From: Eledone cirrhosa
Taxonomy: Eukaryota
Direction: 5' to 3'
DNA length: 64,000 bases
Assembly (NCBI GenBank): GCA_964016885.1
Contig: OZ024751.1
Span: forward strand, 18,538,001 to 18,602,000
Shown here: one piece after another, positions 43,311 to 56,557 of the stretch
Layout of the letters: every line of letters begins with the position of its first letter
How positions within the stretch are numbered: the first letter of the stretch is position 1
Notes under the pieces: generated by a model
What the model was told of the DNA's origin: nothing
What the model saw: only the letters and a program-made list of their open reading frames with translations
Database searches by the model: none
Made by a program: the position numbers and the translations under genes

Positions 43311-45104
43311 AAGAAAATAATTTAATGTTTAAATGCTGCAAGGATTAGAACAATCCGAAGTTTCGAATACCTGTCAATCTCTGGTGAATCAGCTCCATGG
43401 AATATGATTTTGGTGGGTTTTTTTTTCCTGTTTCATTCACGATGAGAAGGCCCGGGTGTATTAATCAATTTTAAACTAACGGAGGGTGGGGGGAATGGGG
43501 GAATGTTGCCCTCAAATCGACACCCAGGTCTGAATATTCACAACAGGATAGAGTCCACCAAATAGTACTCAAGTTATGGTGTTCAAACTAGTGACGGAAT
43601 AAGTTTGCTACACAAGTGGACCACCTTTTTTAAACATCCCTACAATTACATTTAAGTCCACAAACTTTTCGAATTGTATTACTATTCTTAGGTGACTAAA
43701 TCACAGATTCGTTAAAACGTCGGATAAAATGTTTTGCAGTTTTCGTTCCAACTTTCTGCCCTTTGAGTTCAAATCCCTTTGAGTTCAACTTTCCTTTTCA
43801 TCCTTTCGTGGTCAATAAAGAAGCTGCCAGTCCGTTACTGTGGTTGATTCTTCTGCTACACCTCTTTCCCCCTTTCTCTCTCTCTTTCTCCCTCCTCGAC
43901 TCTGGAAGAAATAAGCTGTGTTCAGTCTTGGTGAGTAGTGAGCTCCATCAGGTTTAAAATACTGTAAGTTACTACGTAGGATCTACGACTTCACTAGGAA
44001 TTACGGGTCTATATATGCATTGGTATTCTTATAGATATGTTTGTAAACCTAGATACCTCGAACTCCTAGCTTAACCATGAAATTGTTAACCCTAGCCCCT
44101 TGCGCCCTGATTTCAAATCCCGCCTAGTTTAACTTTACTTTTCATCCTTTCTGGTTAAATGGAATAACATAGCAGTGTAAGACACGATAGATGTTTGGGG
44201 GGTACTTTTTTGTATCTGATCTGGGTCTGGTGCTTTGAAAACCCCTCTTCTTCTGGCAGGAGTTGCGACCGGCAGGGCTTAAAAAGACTTATGGAAACAA
44301 TTTTACCGATTTCATTATCAATTCCTTTCCTTTTATTATCGACACATTCTTAAATCTAAATTCCTCGATTTCGAATTTTAACAAAATTGTTTTAACCCCT
44401 ACCTCCTAAATAGTTGTTATTGTACCTGACATAATCTGGTACTAGAGGAGTCAATCGACTTTCGTCAAATCGGACCGAGGAAACAATGTTTTCGTTGGTC
44501 TTTCCAATTACTAATACTATCTATCGGTCGCAACTCCAGGTAGAAGGAGCAACGTGAAATAAAGTCTCTTGTTCAAGGACATAATGCATAACCCGGTCCA
44601 AGAATCGAACTGACAACCTCACGATTGTCAATCCAGTTCTCTAACCAATCAGCCACACGCCTAGAACTAGAGCTGGTAGAAATGTTAAGAGAACCGGATT
44701 AAATATCTCAATATTTAACTAAAGTATTTAACTCTACCCTCTTGTCCGAGCAACTAACATAATGATTTCTACTTTAGACAAAAGGCCAGTAATTTGAAGG
44801 GGAGGGGAAAGTCGATTAAATCGACCTCAGTGCATTACTGGTACTTTATTTTATCGACCCCGTAAGGATGAAAGGCAAAGTTAACCTCGGCGGGATTTGA
44901 ACTCAGATCGTAAAGGGTCGTAACTCTATGCTTGCAAAGCATGGTGTCCGACTCTCTACCGATACTGCCAATACACCGCCCTCCGAGCAACTAATATAAT
45001 CCGGCAATAGTTTTAGGAGTAATGCTATGTCGTATTTATTTACGATACTTTACGTTCTGAGTTCAAATCCTGCCCATGACAACTTTGACTTTCATCCTTC
45101 ATAG

Positions 45105-46416
45105 GACGATAAAACAAAGTACCAGTCAAGTCCTGGAAGCAATGCAATCGACATAGACGATAAAACAAAGTACCAGTCAAGTACTGGAAGCAATGTAATC
45201 GACATAGACGATAAAACAAAGTACCAGTCAAGTCCTGGAAGCAATGCAATCGACATAGACGATAAAACAAAGTACCAGTCAAGTACTGGAAGCAATGTAT
45301 TCGACATAGACGATAAAACAAAGTACCAGTCAAGTCCTGGAAGCAATGCAATCGACATAGACGATAAAACAAAGTACCAGTCAAGTCCTGGAAGCAATGC
45401 AATCGACATAGACGATAAAACAAAGTACCAGTCAAGTACTGGAAGCAATGCAATCGACATAGACGATAAAACAAAGTACCAGTCAAGTACTGGAAGCAAT
45501 GCAATCGACATAGACGATAAAACAAAGTACCAGTCAAGTCCTGGAAGCAATGCAATCGACATAGACGATAAAACAAAGTACCAGTCAAGTCCTGGAAGCA
45601 ATGTATTCGACATAGACGATAAAACAAAGTACCAGTCAAGTACTGGAAGCAATGTAATCGATATAGACGATAAAACAAAGTACCAGTCAAGTACTGGAAG
45701 CAATGTAATCGACATAGACGATAAAACAAAGTACCAGTCAAGTACTGGAAGCAATGTAATCGACATAGACGATAAAACAAAGTACCAGTCAAGTACTGGA
45801 AGCAATGCAATCGATATAGACGATAAAACAAAGTACCAGTCAAGTACTGGAAGCAATGCAATCGACATAGACGATAAAACAAAGTACCAGTCAAGTACTG
45901 GAAGCAATGTAATCGACATAGACGATAAAACAAAGTACCAGTCAAGTACTGGAAGCAATGTAATCGTTATAGACGATAAAACAAAGTACCAGTCAAGTAC
46001 TGGAAGCAATGCAATCGATATAGACGATAAAACAAAGTACCAGTCAAGTACTGGAAGCAATGCAATCGACATAGACGATAAAACAAAGTACCAGTCAAGT
46101 CCTGGAAGCAATGCAATCGACATAGACGATAAAACAAAGTACCAGTCAAGTACTGGAAGCAATGCAATCGATATAGACGATAAAACAAAGTACCAGTCAA
46201 GTACTGGAAGCAATGCAATCGACATAGACGATAAAACAAAGTACCAGTCAAGTACTGGAAGCAATGCAATCGACATAGACGATAAAACAAAGTACCAGTC
46301 AAGTACTGGAAGCAATGTAATCGACATAGACGATAAAACAAAGTACCAGTCAAGTACTGGAAGCAATGTAATCGATATAGACGATAAAACAAAGTACCAG
46401 TCAAGTACTGGAAGCA
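45105..46416. repeat. 51-bp tandem array (25 full + 1 partial unit) inside one Nin/Deu-type SINE (~45040-46470, +)
   Basis: Unit gacgataaaacaaagtaccagtcaagt(a/c)ctggaagcaatg(c/t)aatcgacata, exact period 51. SINE B box and core lie upstream and the SINE tail (ttgttggctttttgccaaaattataaatc) downstream. Confidence 0.95.
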
Positions 46417-47262
46417 TACCCCTCGTCACAAGTTGTTGGCTTTTTGCCAAAATTATAAATCAGTATTAGAAGAAATGCGAACAGCGTCGGATTAATACCT
46501 CTTTGTATTAAAGTAATTGAGGCGATAATTGGCAGAGTCGTTAGAACATTAGATAGAATGAGTTGCGGCATTCGTTCCGGCTCTCTGATATCCGAGTTCA
46601 AATTCCTCCGAGGTCAACTTTGCCTTTTATCCTTTCAGGTTCGATAGAAAAAGTACCAGTCTAGTACTGGAGTTGATTCTATATATCCTTCTCTACCTCT
46701 CACTTTCTCTCAATCTCTGGAAGAAATCTGCTTTGTTCGAGTCTGGAGAGGGAAGCCAGTACGGAGCCCCTACGACTCCATCAACAGTTAAAGGACCAGG
46801 CATATATGAATGCATTAAACTTATTACCTTCAGCATCCCTGAATTAAAGTGGATTGGCAGTATCAGTAGAGGGTCGGACGCCATGCTTTCCAGCATAGTT
46901 ACGTCTCTTACGATCTAAGTTCAAATCCCGCCGAGGTTGACTTTGCCTTTCATCCTTACGGGGTCGATAAAATAAAGTACCAGTAATGCACTGGGTGATT
47001 GCTGGCCTTGTGCCTAACGTAGAAACAATTAATTAAATCAAAAGAATCGGTAGTGAGTCTAGAGTATCAGTAACGTGTCGGGGGGGGGGGGGGGGGGCAG
47101 AAATGTTATAAGGTTGAACAAAACACCTTGTTGGTTGGTACTCAGTCCCAGCTTTTTATGTTATGTATTCAAATCTCCCCGAAATAAGGTTTGCCTTCCA
47201 TCACTCTGAACTCGATGTAGAAGGTTTTTTGTATGTTTAGCCACATGATATCTATGAGTATG

Positions 47263-47305
<43 letters not shown>

Positions 47306-47614
47306 ATGTGGGCATACGTTTAGTTGTGTTTTTGTATATATGCATATATATGTCTGTATATATATATATATCTACATACATACACACACACCCACACATA
47401 TAATATACAATATTTTTTTAAAAGTGGGTTCGTCTTATACATTTCCGTTTATAAGTGATTTTTTTTGTCTAAATCAGATATCGATTACAACTCCGTATAC
47501 TGTAACGATTCTGGAGTCTATTTGAAGTATTGTCATAGACATTACTGAAGAATAAGAAAAATATAATGAAAGACTCTACATTGCAATTCGTTTAAGTGTA
47601 TTTCAGTACCTGAT

Positions 47615-47719
<105 letters not shown>

Positions 47720-47801
47720 ATATATATATATATATAAGCAAAAAGTAAACGGGAACACCAAACCAAATAACACAGTACAATGAAGAAATATAATATATTA
47801 G

Positions 47802-47837
47802 TCTTTACGTTTCGGACACTAGTTCTTCATCAGAAAA
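47802..47837 (-). ncRNA. Minimal hammerhead ribozyme motif, family B
   Basis: Minus strand tttt-CTGATGA-agaactagtgtcc-GAAA-CGTA-aaga. Core-mutated homologues at 43036-43066 and 49525-49558 (CCGATGA). Confidence 0.55.
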
Positions 47838-47884
47838 TAAAATGAGAAATAAAAGGTGCAATGGAGAGTGAGAAGTGGAAGGAA

Positions 47885-48240
47885 CTGAGTGTATTCAGTC
47901 AGCCATCTTTTCAAGAATAAGCAAGACAAACACAGAGATGTCATTCCTTTACTACTCGAAGTTTCACGTACAGAAGTTACACATAAGATCAATCAAGCAA
48001 AATTAGCTAAATGGCTCGGACTTTGACTGAAAACACACTGGTGCGATGTGAGAGAAACCACCTTGCGCGCTTCTATAGATATTAAGGTGTAGTTACTCTG
48101 CAAAATCACTTAGATAGATCTGGTGGTCGTCGATTTGAATCGTTAGACCTTTGATATTGTGATGTGTAGAAGTTTTTTCGGAGTGATTTCCTGTGATGGC
48201 GACATTTAGACAATACCTCTGATCTTCTGTTAAGTAATAA
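47885..48240 (-). mobile_element. Penelope-like element 3' end: ORF C-terminus plus pLTR with degenerate HHR
   Basis: Minus frame 48237-48106 reads LLNRRSEVLSKCRHHRKSLRKNF...RRPPDLSK*, matching the PLE terminal LLN.RSE..SKCRH motif. Downstream is TTGATTGA...GAAA-CT-tcg-AG-TA (47952-47997). Confidence 0.75.
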
Positions 48241-48242
48241 CG

Positions 48243-49175
48243 CTACTTCTAGTAAGCCTTCTAAACATTTGGCAAGAGTTGATTTCTTGAGTACTCGTAT
48301 GAATTTGTCAGAAATGAAATCTACATTCTGTGACAGCCTACATATGATCTCAATAAATCACTTGTGTGTCAATGGTTTAAACTGGGTATGAAATTTCTGC
48401 ACTTTGTTTCTGCATATTGAGCATAGTCATTTTCCTGGTTGTAGCAGTGTCCTACACTCTTTCCCACTTACTATGTTCAATTTAAGACGATCTGCTTCCA
48501 GGTGTTGTTGCCATGTTTGGAACTTCGATATTTGAAGATTTTTTCCGGTTCCTCCTAAGACTTTTCGATCAATAGCATACGAGAGTTCCCAGGGACGGCT
48601 AGTAATTTTAAGACCTAATGGACTATAATAATCATGTGGGGCTGAGAACTGATCCCTGAAATCCTACCGGCAGGTTAAAATTTTCGCTGGGAGTGTTAAC
48701 TCTCAGCTTGCTAACTGAATGCCTGTACATGACTTGTACAACACTTACGAGTCACCTAGCTGCCTAAGCACCCACTTGGTTATAGAGCATGCGAGTTTGT
48801 CAAGGGCTATTTCCATGTCAGTGAATATTAAGTATAGGGGCGTATTCTTAGCTACATACTTCTCCAGCAGTTGCCTCACCAAGATGATGCCATCAATAGA
48901 GCTTCACTGAAGCGTGAAACCAACCTGCATCTCATGGGAGTTAATTATGACCCTAATCACATTTGTTATCACACTTTTAGTAACATTCATAACCTGTTCC
49001 AACAATATGATGACGCTGCAATTACCTCACTCTAGTGCTGCTACGCCAATCAACCGGTATTACACCTTTTTGAACTACCTGACTTAGTAATCAAGTGACT
49101 AACAGAAATCCTGCTCCTCCAGATATGTTAATCATCTCAGCGACAGTCAGTCAAGGTCCCGCTGCCTTCTCTATC
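48243..49175 (-). pseudogene. Decayed RTE-clade reverse transcriptase
   Basis: Interrupted reading: KAAGP..VAEM..SG; QVVQKGVIPVDW; EMQVGF; IILVRQLLEKYVAKNTPLYLIFTDMEIALD; QGSVLSP; PWELSYAID (degenerate YADD); LCSICR. Many stops and frameshifts. Confidence 0.85.
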
Positions 49176-49248
49176 TACTTCTGGGTAGGTAGAAATGGCG
49201 GTAGAGGTGGAGAGGGCCTACTATTGGCAGAGGAGGTAATCCAGGTAG

Positions 49249-49434
<186 letters not shown>

Positions 49435-49641
49435 GAGTTAAATCAACAAGAAAAACCGATACGAGAGAATAATGCAGATCAAGGAAATGTATTAGTTTAA
49501 TGCTTGAATATTAGAGAGAAATTCTGAACGTTTCGGTTGTTAGTCCTTCATCGGATGATAGAATAAGAGAGAGACTATGGAATAGAATGATAGACGAGAG
49601 TAAGAAAAGAAAGAAAACGGGTACATTTGATTTTTCTGAAG

Positions 49642-49691
<50 letters not shown>

Positions 49692-50176
49692 ATTTTTTGT
49701 GAGTGTGTATAAGCTAAATATATATATATATATATAAATAAACACATGCGCATACACATACCAACCTCATTTAACATTCGTTTTCTCTGTGAACAATTGT
49801 TGGACTAGTCTTGACTTGTGGTCCTTGCTCTACCGAGCGCATTTTATCAGAAACAATTGTTTTACGATCATTTCAGGGGGCAATAAAAATGTATGGATGT
49901 GTAGACGAATCAGTATCAGTTATGAAATGACATTCAAAATACTCGTAATAAGTAAATTTAGCAAAAAATGTGTCTAGCGCTCTAACATTTCTGCCAAAGT
50001 ACCACTTTGGTTTCTAAATTAGGCACAAAACCAACAATTCGTGGGAGGGTAAAAGTCCTTTATATAGTCCCCAGTTCATGACTGAGAATTTATTTTACCG
50101 ACCCTGTAAGAATGAATCGCAAATTTGTCCGTGGTGGGTTTTGAACCCAGAACGTAGAAAGTTGTAACTAAATAAA

Positions 50177-50530
50177 GCAACACATTACGTCCGACGCTCT
50201 ACCGATACTGTAAATTCACAGGGGATAAAATGGGACATTCTGCTAGATAAATTGTTGTAGTACTAGCAACGCATTACGTCCGACGTTCTACCGTTACTGC
50301 CAATTCACAGGGGATAAAATGGGACATTCTGCTAGATAAATTGTTGTAGTACTAGCAACGCATTACGTCCGACGTTCTACCGTTACTGCCAATTCACAGG
50401 GGATAAAATGGGACATTCTGCTAGATAAATTGTTGTAGTACTAGCAACGCATTACGTCCGACGTTCTACCGTTACTGCCAATTCACAGGGGATAAAATGA
50501 GACATTCTCATAGATATATTGTTGTAATAC
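50177..50530. repeat. 89-bp tandem repeat x4 spanning a SINE 5' end and its flank
   Basis: cattacgtcc at 50183, 50272, 50361 and 50450; unit includes the reverse A-box region ctaccgttactgccaattcac. Confidence 0.9.
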
Positions 50531-51253
50531 TTGCCTAAGACAAGTTTAACAACAAGTAATATAGTTTAACTGTAAAAATAAGAGATATTTATATGATTTT
50601 TGACTGACTACAATGATTATTCCTCAATGGAATTGTATCATAGTTATATATTTCCTCTCAAAACTATTAACGACATTAAAAGAAGTGGAAAAAAACAACA
50701 GAACAAATAACAAAACTGCTTCAAGGAGAGATTGGAAACCGTATCGTAGCCTAGCTATACCGGAAAACTATATCTTTATTTGCTATGGCGTAACTATTTA
50801 ATCTTTCTAACCTGAACATGTTAACCTTTCTAAACAGATGTGTATTAGGTTTTTACACCTCCACCTCTCACCTTATCAACATAGCAGCCCCTTAACAATA
50901 CATCCATCACCTAACTATCTGTCTAGTAATCTAGCAGTATTGCTCAATTTATCTACTCCTCTTCTGTATATATATACACACACGCTCATGTATACATACA
51001 TACGTGTGTGTGTGTATGTCTGTATGTGTGTGTGTGTGAGGTGTGTATGTAAGGCAGACCTACCGTTTCTATAACTATAGCAATTTATATATTTCTCTCA
51101 CTGTTCTCTCTCTACACATATATATATATGTGTTTATGTGTGTGTATTAATGTGTGTATATATATATATATATAAATGTATATAATACATGGGTGTGTAT
51201 AATACGTATATGAATATATATGAGATTTCTGATTAGTCAATCATTCCTCTCTG

Positions 51254-51295
<42 letters not shown>

Positions 51296-51314
51296 CTTAT
51301 ATATAATGTGTGTG

Positions 51315-51407
<93 letters not shown>

Positions 51408-51642
51408 ATTTGTGTGTATATATAAATGTATGTATGTATGTATGTATATTTGTGTGTATATATAAATGTATATATATATGTATGTATATTTGTGTGTATA
51501 TATAAATGTATATATGTATGTATATTTGTGTGTATATATAAATGTATATATATATGTGTGTGTATATTTGTGTGTATATATAAATGTATATATATATATG
51601 TGTGTGTATGTATGTATATATATAAATGTATATAATTCACGC

Positions 51643-51694
<52 letters not shown>

Positions 51695-52106
51695 GTATAT
51701 AATTCATGTGTGTATATATATATATATATATGAGATTTCCGATTAGTCAGTCATTCAAACTATTTTCCTAATTTACAATGTGTTACATTCAACAATGTGA
51801 AACATGAAATATCAACTAATCCGTCATTCCATTATTCCTTCCTATCTTATACATATATTTATATATAAACCAAGTTGCCCTTTACATCCGTCTATAAACT
51901 GTGATACCCTATACGCAAGTCATCACTTATATGCATCCAAAGTTTCTGGAATGTAAACTAGTAGTTCCCAGCCAAGGGCGCACCGACTCACTAGGCTCTG
52001 CAAATGTGTTCCTAGGGATCTGGGAACTAAGTTCAACATTTTAAGGACATTGTTGTTAAAATATATATATTCCCATATACTATTCTATATTAATTCTTTT
52101 TCTTCT

Positions 52107-52154
<48 letters not shown>

Positions 52155-52312
52155 TATAGGAAAGACATTTTGCCTTCAGTCAGCCATCGTCGCCTTTAAC
52201 GACTATTCGTGCTTGTTGTTGTTGTTGTTGTTCTTGTTCTTGTTCTTCTTCTTCTTCTTCTATTTGCTGCAGGGTTACTTATTCGCCTGGCATAAGCTCA
52301 CATATATCTCAA

Positions 52313-52565
52313 CTCACCATCCTTATCTGATGGCCGTATCGCTATGCGACCCATTTACTAGCAGAACAGCTCTGCCGAGAACCATTCTTGTCTAAGTATA
52401 AAAAGTGCCCCTGTTTCGAAATGCGTTTTATAAGAGATGTGAGAGAGTTACTAAGAGTCTAAGAATAAGGGTTTCTGATTTGGCCACAAGGCCAGCAATA
52501 TTGGGGAGGGGTGAGTTGATTAAATCGACTCCAGTGCGTTACTGGTGCTTTATTTTATCGACCCT
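52313..52565. repeat. Second copy of the 259-520 duplicated segment
   Basis: See 259-520. Confidence 0.85.
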
Positions 52566-54079
52566 GTAACGGTGAAAGACAAAGCTAACCTCAGCGGGGT
52601 ATGGTAGTAAAAATAGTTGTATGACTCGCTTATAATAGCTTAAGAATAATAAGCTAAAAACTATGAAACAGCTATTTTAATTTATGCTAATATTTTCATA
52701 GGAATTCTGCAAAGTATATCAGGCATTTTCATTCACGTTGTTTTACAACGATTCATCTAAAGTTGTGACATTCCACCATCTCTAAAACCAAGTGACTCTC
52801 CTCTCTCTCAATAAACTGTCAGGTACAGTTTAGGTGGGGACTAATTGTAACGTGGTGTCCGGGGAAAAATCATTTGAAAAAAAGTGGTCCTTGATAGTAA
52901 AACGTTTAGGGTTTTATGAAATACCGATATAGATAGATATTCTATTTATCTACTGGTTAGATAAAAATATACCTTATGGTATCTATTCGTTTACATTTAT
53001 TAACCATATCAGCATATTTTTATCTACCCTATGGATAATATATTATACGTATAGCATGACAAACGTTATAGCATAAATATATGATAATTAATTTATTCAT
53101 ATTATATCTGTTGAAATGATCCTTAAATCATATCTGTTTTTTCTCATTTACTTAGTAGTTATGCGAAAATCTATGATATCTATATTAAATTTGGTATATT
53201 GATATATCTATATAAGCACTATCTGTTTTACATATGTTCAGTGTCGATACGTAAAATATATATTCATATTTATCTGTTATATTTATCTGAATTAAATCTG
53301 TTTTTAAATCATCTACTATGTAGATCTATAAGATTCATTGTATCTTCATTATAACTGTTGTAATATTATATCTGTTAATAATGTTTCGCTTCTTAACAGT
53401 GTATAAATATCTATAAATCATATCTGTTTTTCTATGAATTATAACTGTTTTATTTAGCTACTGAGTATATTTTATTATTCTATGTGAATATATCTGATTT
53501 TATTTACCTCTTGTGCAAATAATTGTGCCATATATCTGTTAATTATAACTGCTTTTAATTATCTGTGGTAGAGATATATGGTATGAATATTTGTATTGAT
53601 CTAGCAAAGCATTATAGCAAACCAACAATATCTGTTTTTACTTATCGACATTGCAGTTAAGATATTATACTTATAAGAATTGAACAGATATGGTATATAT
53701 ATATATATGATATCTAACTATCTATAAAATTAATTACAACGTTATATCAATAAAATATATCTGTTTTTATTAATCTGATGTGCAGATATATAAAATTCGA
53801 TATATCTATATCATATCTGTTTTTTATTAAACTATGCTGTGGATGGGGTACTTTAATTATAACTACCAAGCATTGATTTCTGAATTCAATATCGTGTCAA
53901 GCGATTTCTTATAGTTCTAGTGTAATATACCTTGAGGTTAGCTACATTTGATGCTTAGGAAGTCGATAAAGAATGTACCAGTAACGTACCGGGTCTGATT
54001 TAATCGAGTTACGCTTTTCTTTTAATTTGCTGACCTTATGCCAAAAGTAGAAACAATTCTCATTCTGATTCTGTAGTTT

Positions 54080-54745
54080 GGAGGAGGAAAGCTAGAAAGG
54101 GGTCTTGCCCTGGCGGTCGGGTTGGCTGCATATTTTTGTAGACTTTCTCCACGGGTGACCCTTGAAAACCTCTCTCTCCCATATTGGGGAATTTTTTTGT
54201 TTCAGATTTATTTATTGAATTTGTTAAATTATTTTCACACGAGAAAAAAACCCACACACTCTATCGTTCTATTCCGTCCTTAAGGTTTTCTCCGTGTGAA
54301 CACTTTGTGATTAATAAAGAAATTATTATTAATGTTATGATTAATATTAGAAGGGACTCAGCCAGATATTTTGCAGTATTAATTCTAGCTTTTTACATCC
54401 TGAGTTCAAATCCTGCTGAAGCCAACTTTGCCTTCATCCTTCCAAGATTGATAGAATTTAGAATCAGTTAAATACAGGGATAGATATAAACGACTCTCCT
54501 CTCCCCCATCAAATTGCTGTCCTGGTGCCTAAATTAGAAATCTTTATTATCATTAATACTATTATAGGGTTCCTAACGTCAGCCCTGGTGGTATCCACCC
54601 CTATTGGGGAATTTTGTGGTTGATATTTTTTTGTTAATTGTTTTGTTAATTTTTTTTACTCGATATTATTGTAAACCATCACACTCCTCATCTATGTACT
54701 GTCCTCTGTGTTCAACCCTGGTGGCCAATAATAAAGAAATCGTTA
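54080..54745 (+). mobile_element. Two related LINE-like 3' UTR fragments (possibly L1/Tx1 group), 54080-54325 and 54575-54745
   Basis: Both have tattgggg(g)aattt...T-rich...aataaagaaat ends. Family assignment is from recollection only. Confidence 0.4.
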
Positions 54746-54977
54746 TCAATACTATTATAGTTGTTGACTAAGACATTATCTAGGAGGAGAATGAAGAAAA
54801 ACTTTACACAACTACAACTGAAACTCTATATATTCTTACTGAAGAATATCAAACAACACCTTTACTTAATTTCTATATATAACTTATAGATACATATATA
54901 TAATATCATGTAGTGATATAAAATTGTATAACATTAAATAATATGTATTTACTTACATATATATATATATATATATA

Positions 54978-55170
54978 TAGGAACCAGTAAGACCCCGACA
55001 GCTGAGCTCAAGCCGTTTCGACGGCTAATTCTGGACTCAGAATTAGCCGTCGAAACGGCTTGAGCTCAGCTGTCGGGGTCTTACTGGTTCCTATTACATA
55101 CTCTACTACCTCAAGTATTGAGTACTTTGGTGCGTTATGGTCCACCTGGTTCCTTACCACATTTCCTTCG

Positions 55171-55172
<2 letters not shown>
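54978..55172 (+). mobile_element. PLE pLTR-like fold-back, family D, with the 3' half of an HHR
   Basis: 56-bp arms with loop gact. + strand GAAA-CGGCT-tgagctc-AGCTG-TC gives a 6-bp stem III and GUC triplet. Derivatives at 26478, 35751, 58615, 59045 and 62170. Confidence 0.75.
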
Positions 55173-55250
<78 letters not shown>

Positions 55251-55255
<5 letters not shown>

Positions 55256-55515
55256 TTAAAATAACAGATTAAAGTTTAAGCAAAGAATCGCTGCTTTCAC
55301 CCTTAACGGGATCTTTATGCCATACTTCTCTTTATAAATATATATTTATCCTTATCGAGCCCTCTTTGGATTTTAGTCTTTAATAAATTTGAAGACTAAA
55401 ATCCAAAGAGAGCTCGATAAGGATAAATATATATTTATAAAGAGAAGTATGGCATAAAGATCCCGTTAAGGGTGAAAGCAGCGATTCTTTGCTTAAACTT
55501 TAATCTGTTATTTTA

Positions 55516-55521
<6 letters not shown>
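55251..55521. mobile_element. Family E fold-back (~130-bp arms)
   Basis: Arms 55251-55380 / 55392-55521 with 1 mismatch seen; flanked by (ttta)n and (ta)n. Confidence 0.8.
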
Positions 55522-55558
<37 letters not shown>

Positions 55559-55833
55559 GTAAATATATACATAAATAAGTATATATTCAGGTGGAATGCA
55601 ATTTGCTGTTAACTATTGTTTTTAGGTTACACACACATACACATACTCATTGCTGTCACTCACTCGGAAATAACTTCCAGAAACTGAGCCCTTATATCAA
55701 CAAGGATAAATGATAAAGGGTTTGATGTGATGGTGGAGAGATGGTGGATATTAGAATTCCGTCGTATGATCAAATACGTCCCAGCTATGACCAAATCGTT
55801 TTATACACCATGTGTCCTTTATGAAAGGTAGAC

Positions 55834-55905
<72 letters not shown>

Positions 55906-56510
55906 ACGGACGGATGGACTATGTCATATACGAAAAGTTCTACAGAATAATAGATAAATGGTTTTCCGGCCGTGACCATCCGTATTTAGATATATCCATA
56001 TCTCCCTCTCTTGATATTTAGCCCCTAAGTAAACTAGAATTATGGTAGAAAATTTCCCAGCCCTAAATATCTAGCCATTTTTTAAACATTTCCAATAAAT
56101 CATACCCGCAAGCGTTTTTCCTCAAACCGCTGGGATGTTATTTAGAAAGCATTCAGCTGCTATTTCGAGCAGATATAGAGACTTCATAGAGACTTCCGCA
56201 TTACATTCAATTTAATTGACAAAAAAATATTGCGTTACAAAATCAATGCGAAAAAATATTGTTTTCTCAGCGAAGAGTGAGGCAGGGAACACATATTGTG
56301 CAAATTATAGATTTCAGAAATTCGGATAATAAAATTAAAAATGATAACGAAAAGAATGGAAAACCATCGCTTCCGAGGATGATAGCTCCTATCAATAGAA
56401 CTGCCAACTCGTGCAAGTGCGTGAGTATTTCACGTACGTAAAGGGTAATAAAGATTTTTGTTTGCAACAAAAGTGTGATGCAAGCGATTTCAATTAACCT
56501 AAGAGAGACA

Positions 56511-56553
<43 letters not shown>

Positions 56554-56557
<4 letters not shown>

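Noticed and set aside
45105-46416. CRISPR-like array with a hairpin-containing repeat
   Set aside because: No unique spacers, no cas genes, eukaryotic context, and the unit is SINE sequence.
45092-46450. 452-aa hydrophobic 17-aa-repeat protein
   Set aside because: By-product of a 51-bp unit; a second frame is also largely open, there is no ATG start, and the flanks are antisense SINE.
55450-55486. Hammerhead in family E (ATAAAGA-tCCC-gttaa-GGGt-GAAA-gcagc)
   Set aside because: Core lacks C3 and G5 and there is no valid stem III with NUH; at most a relic.
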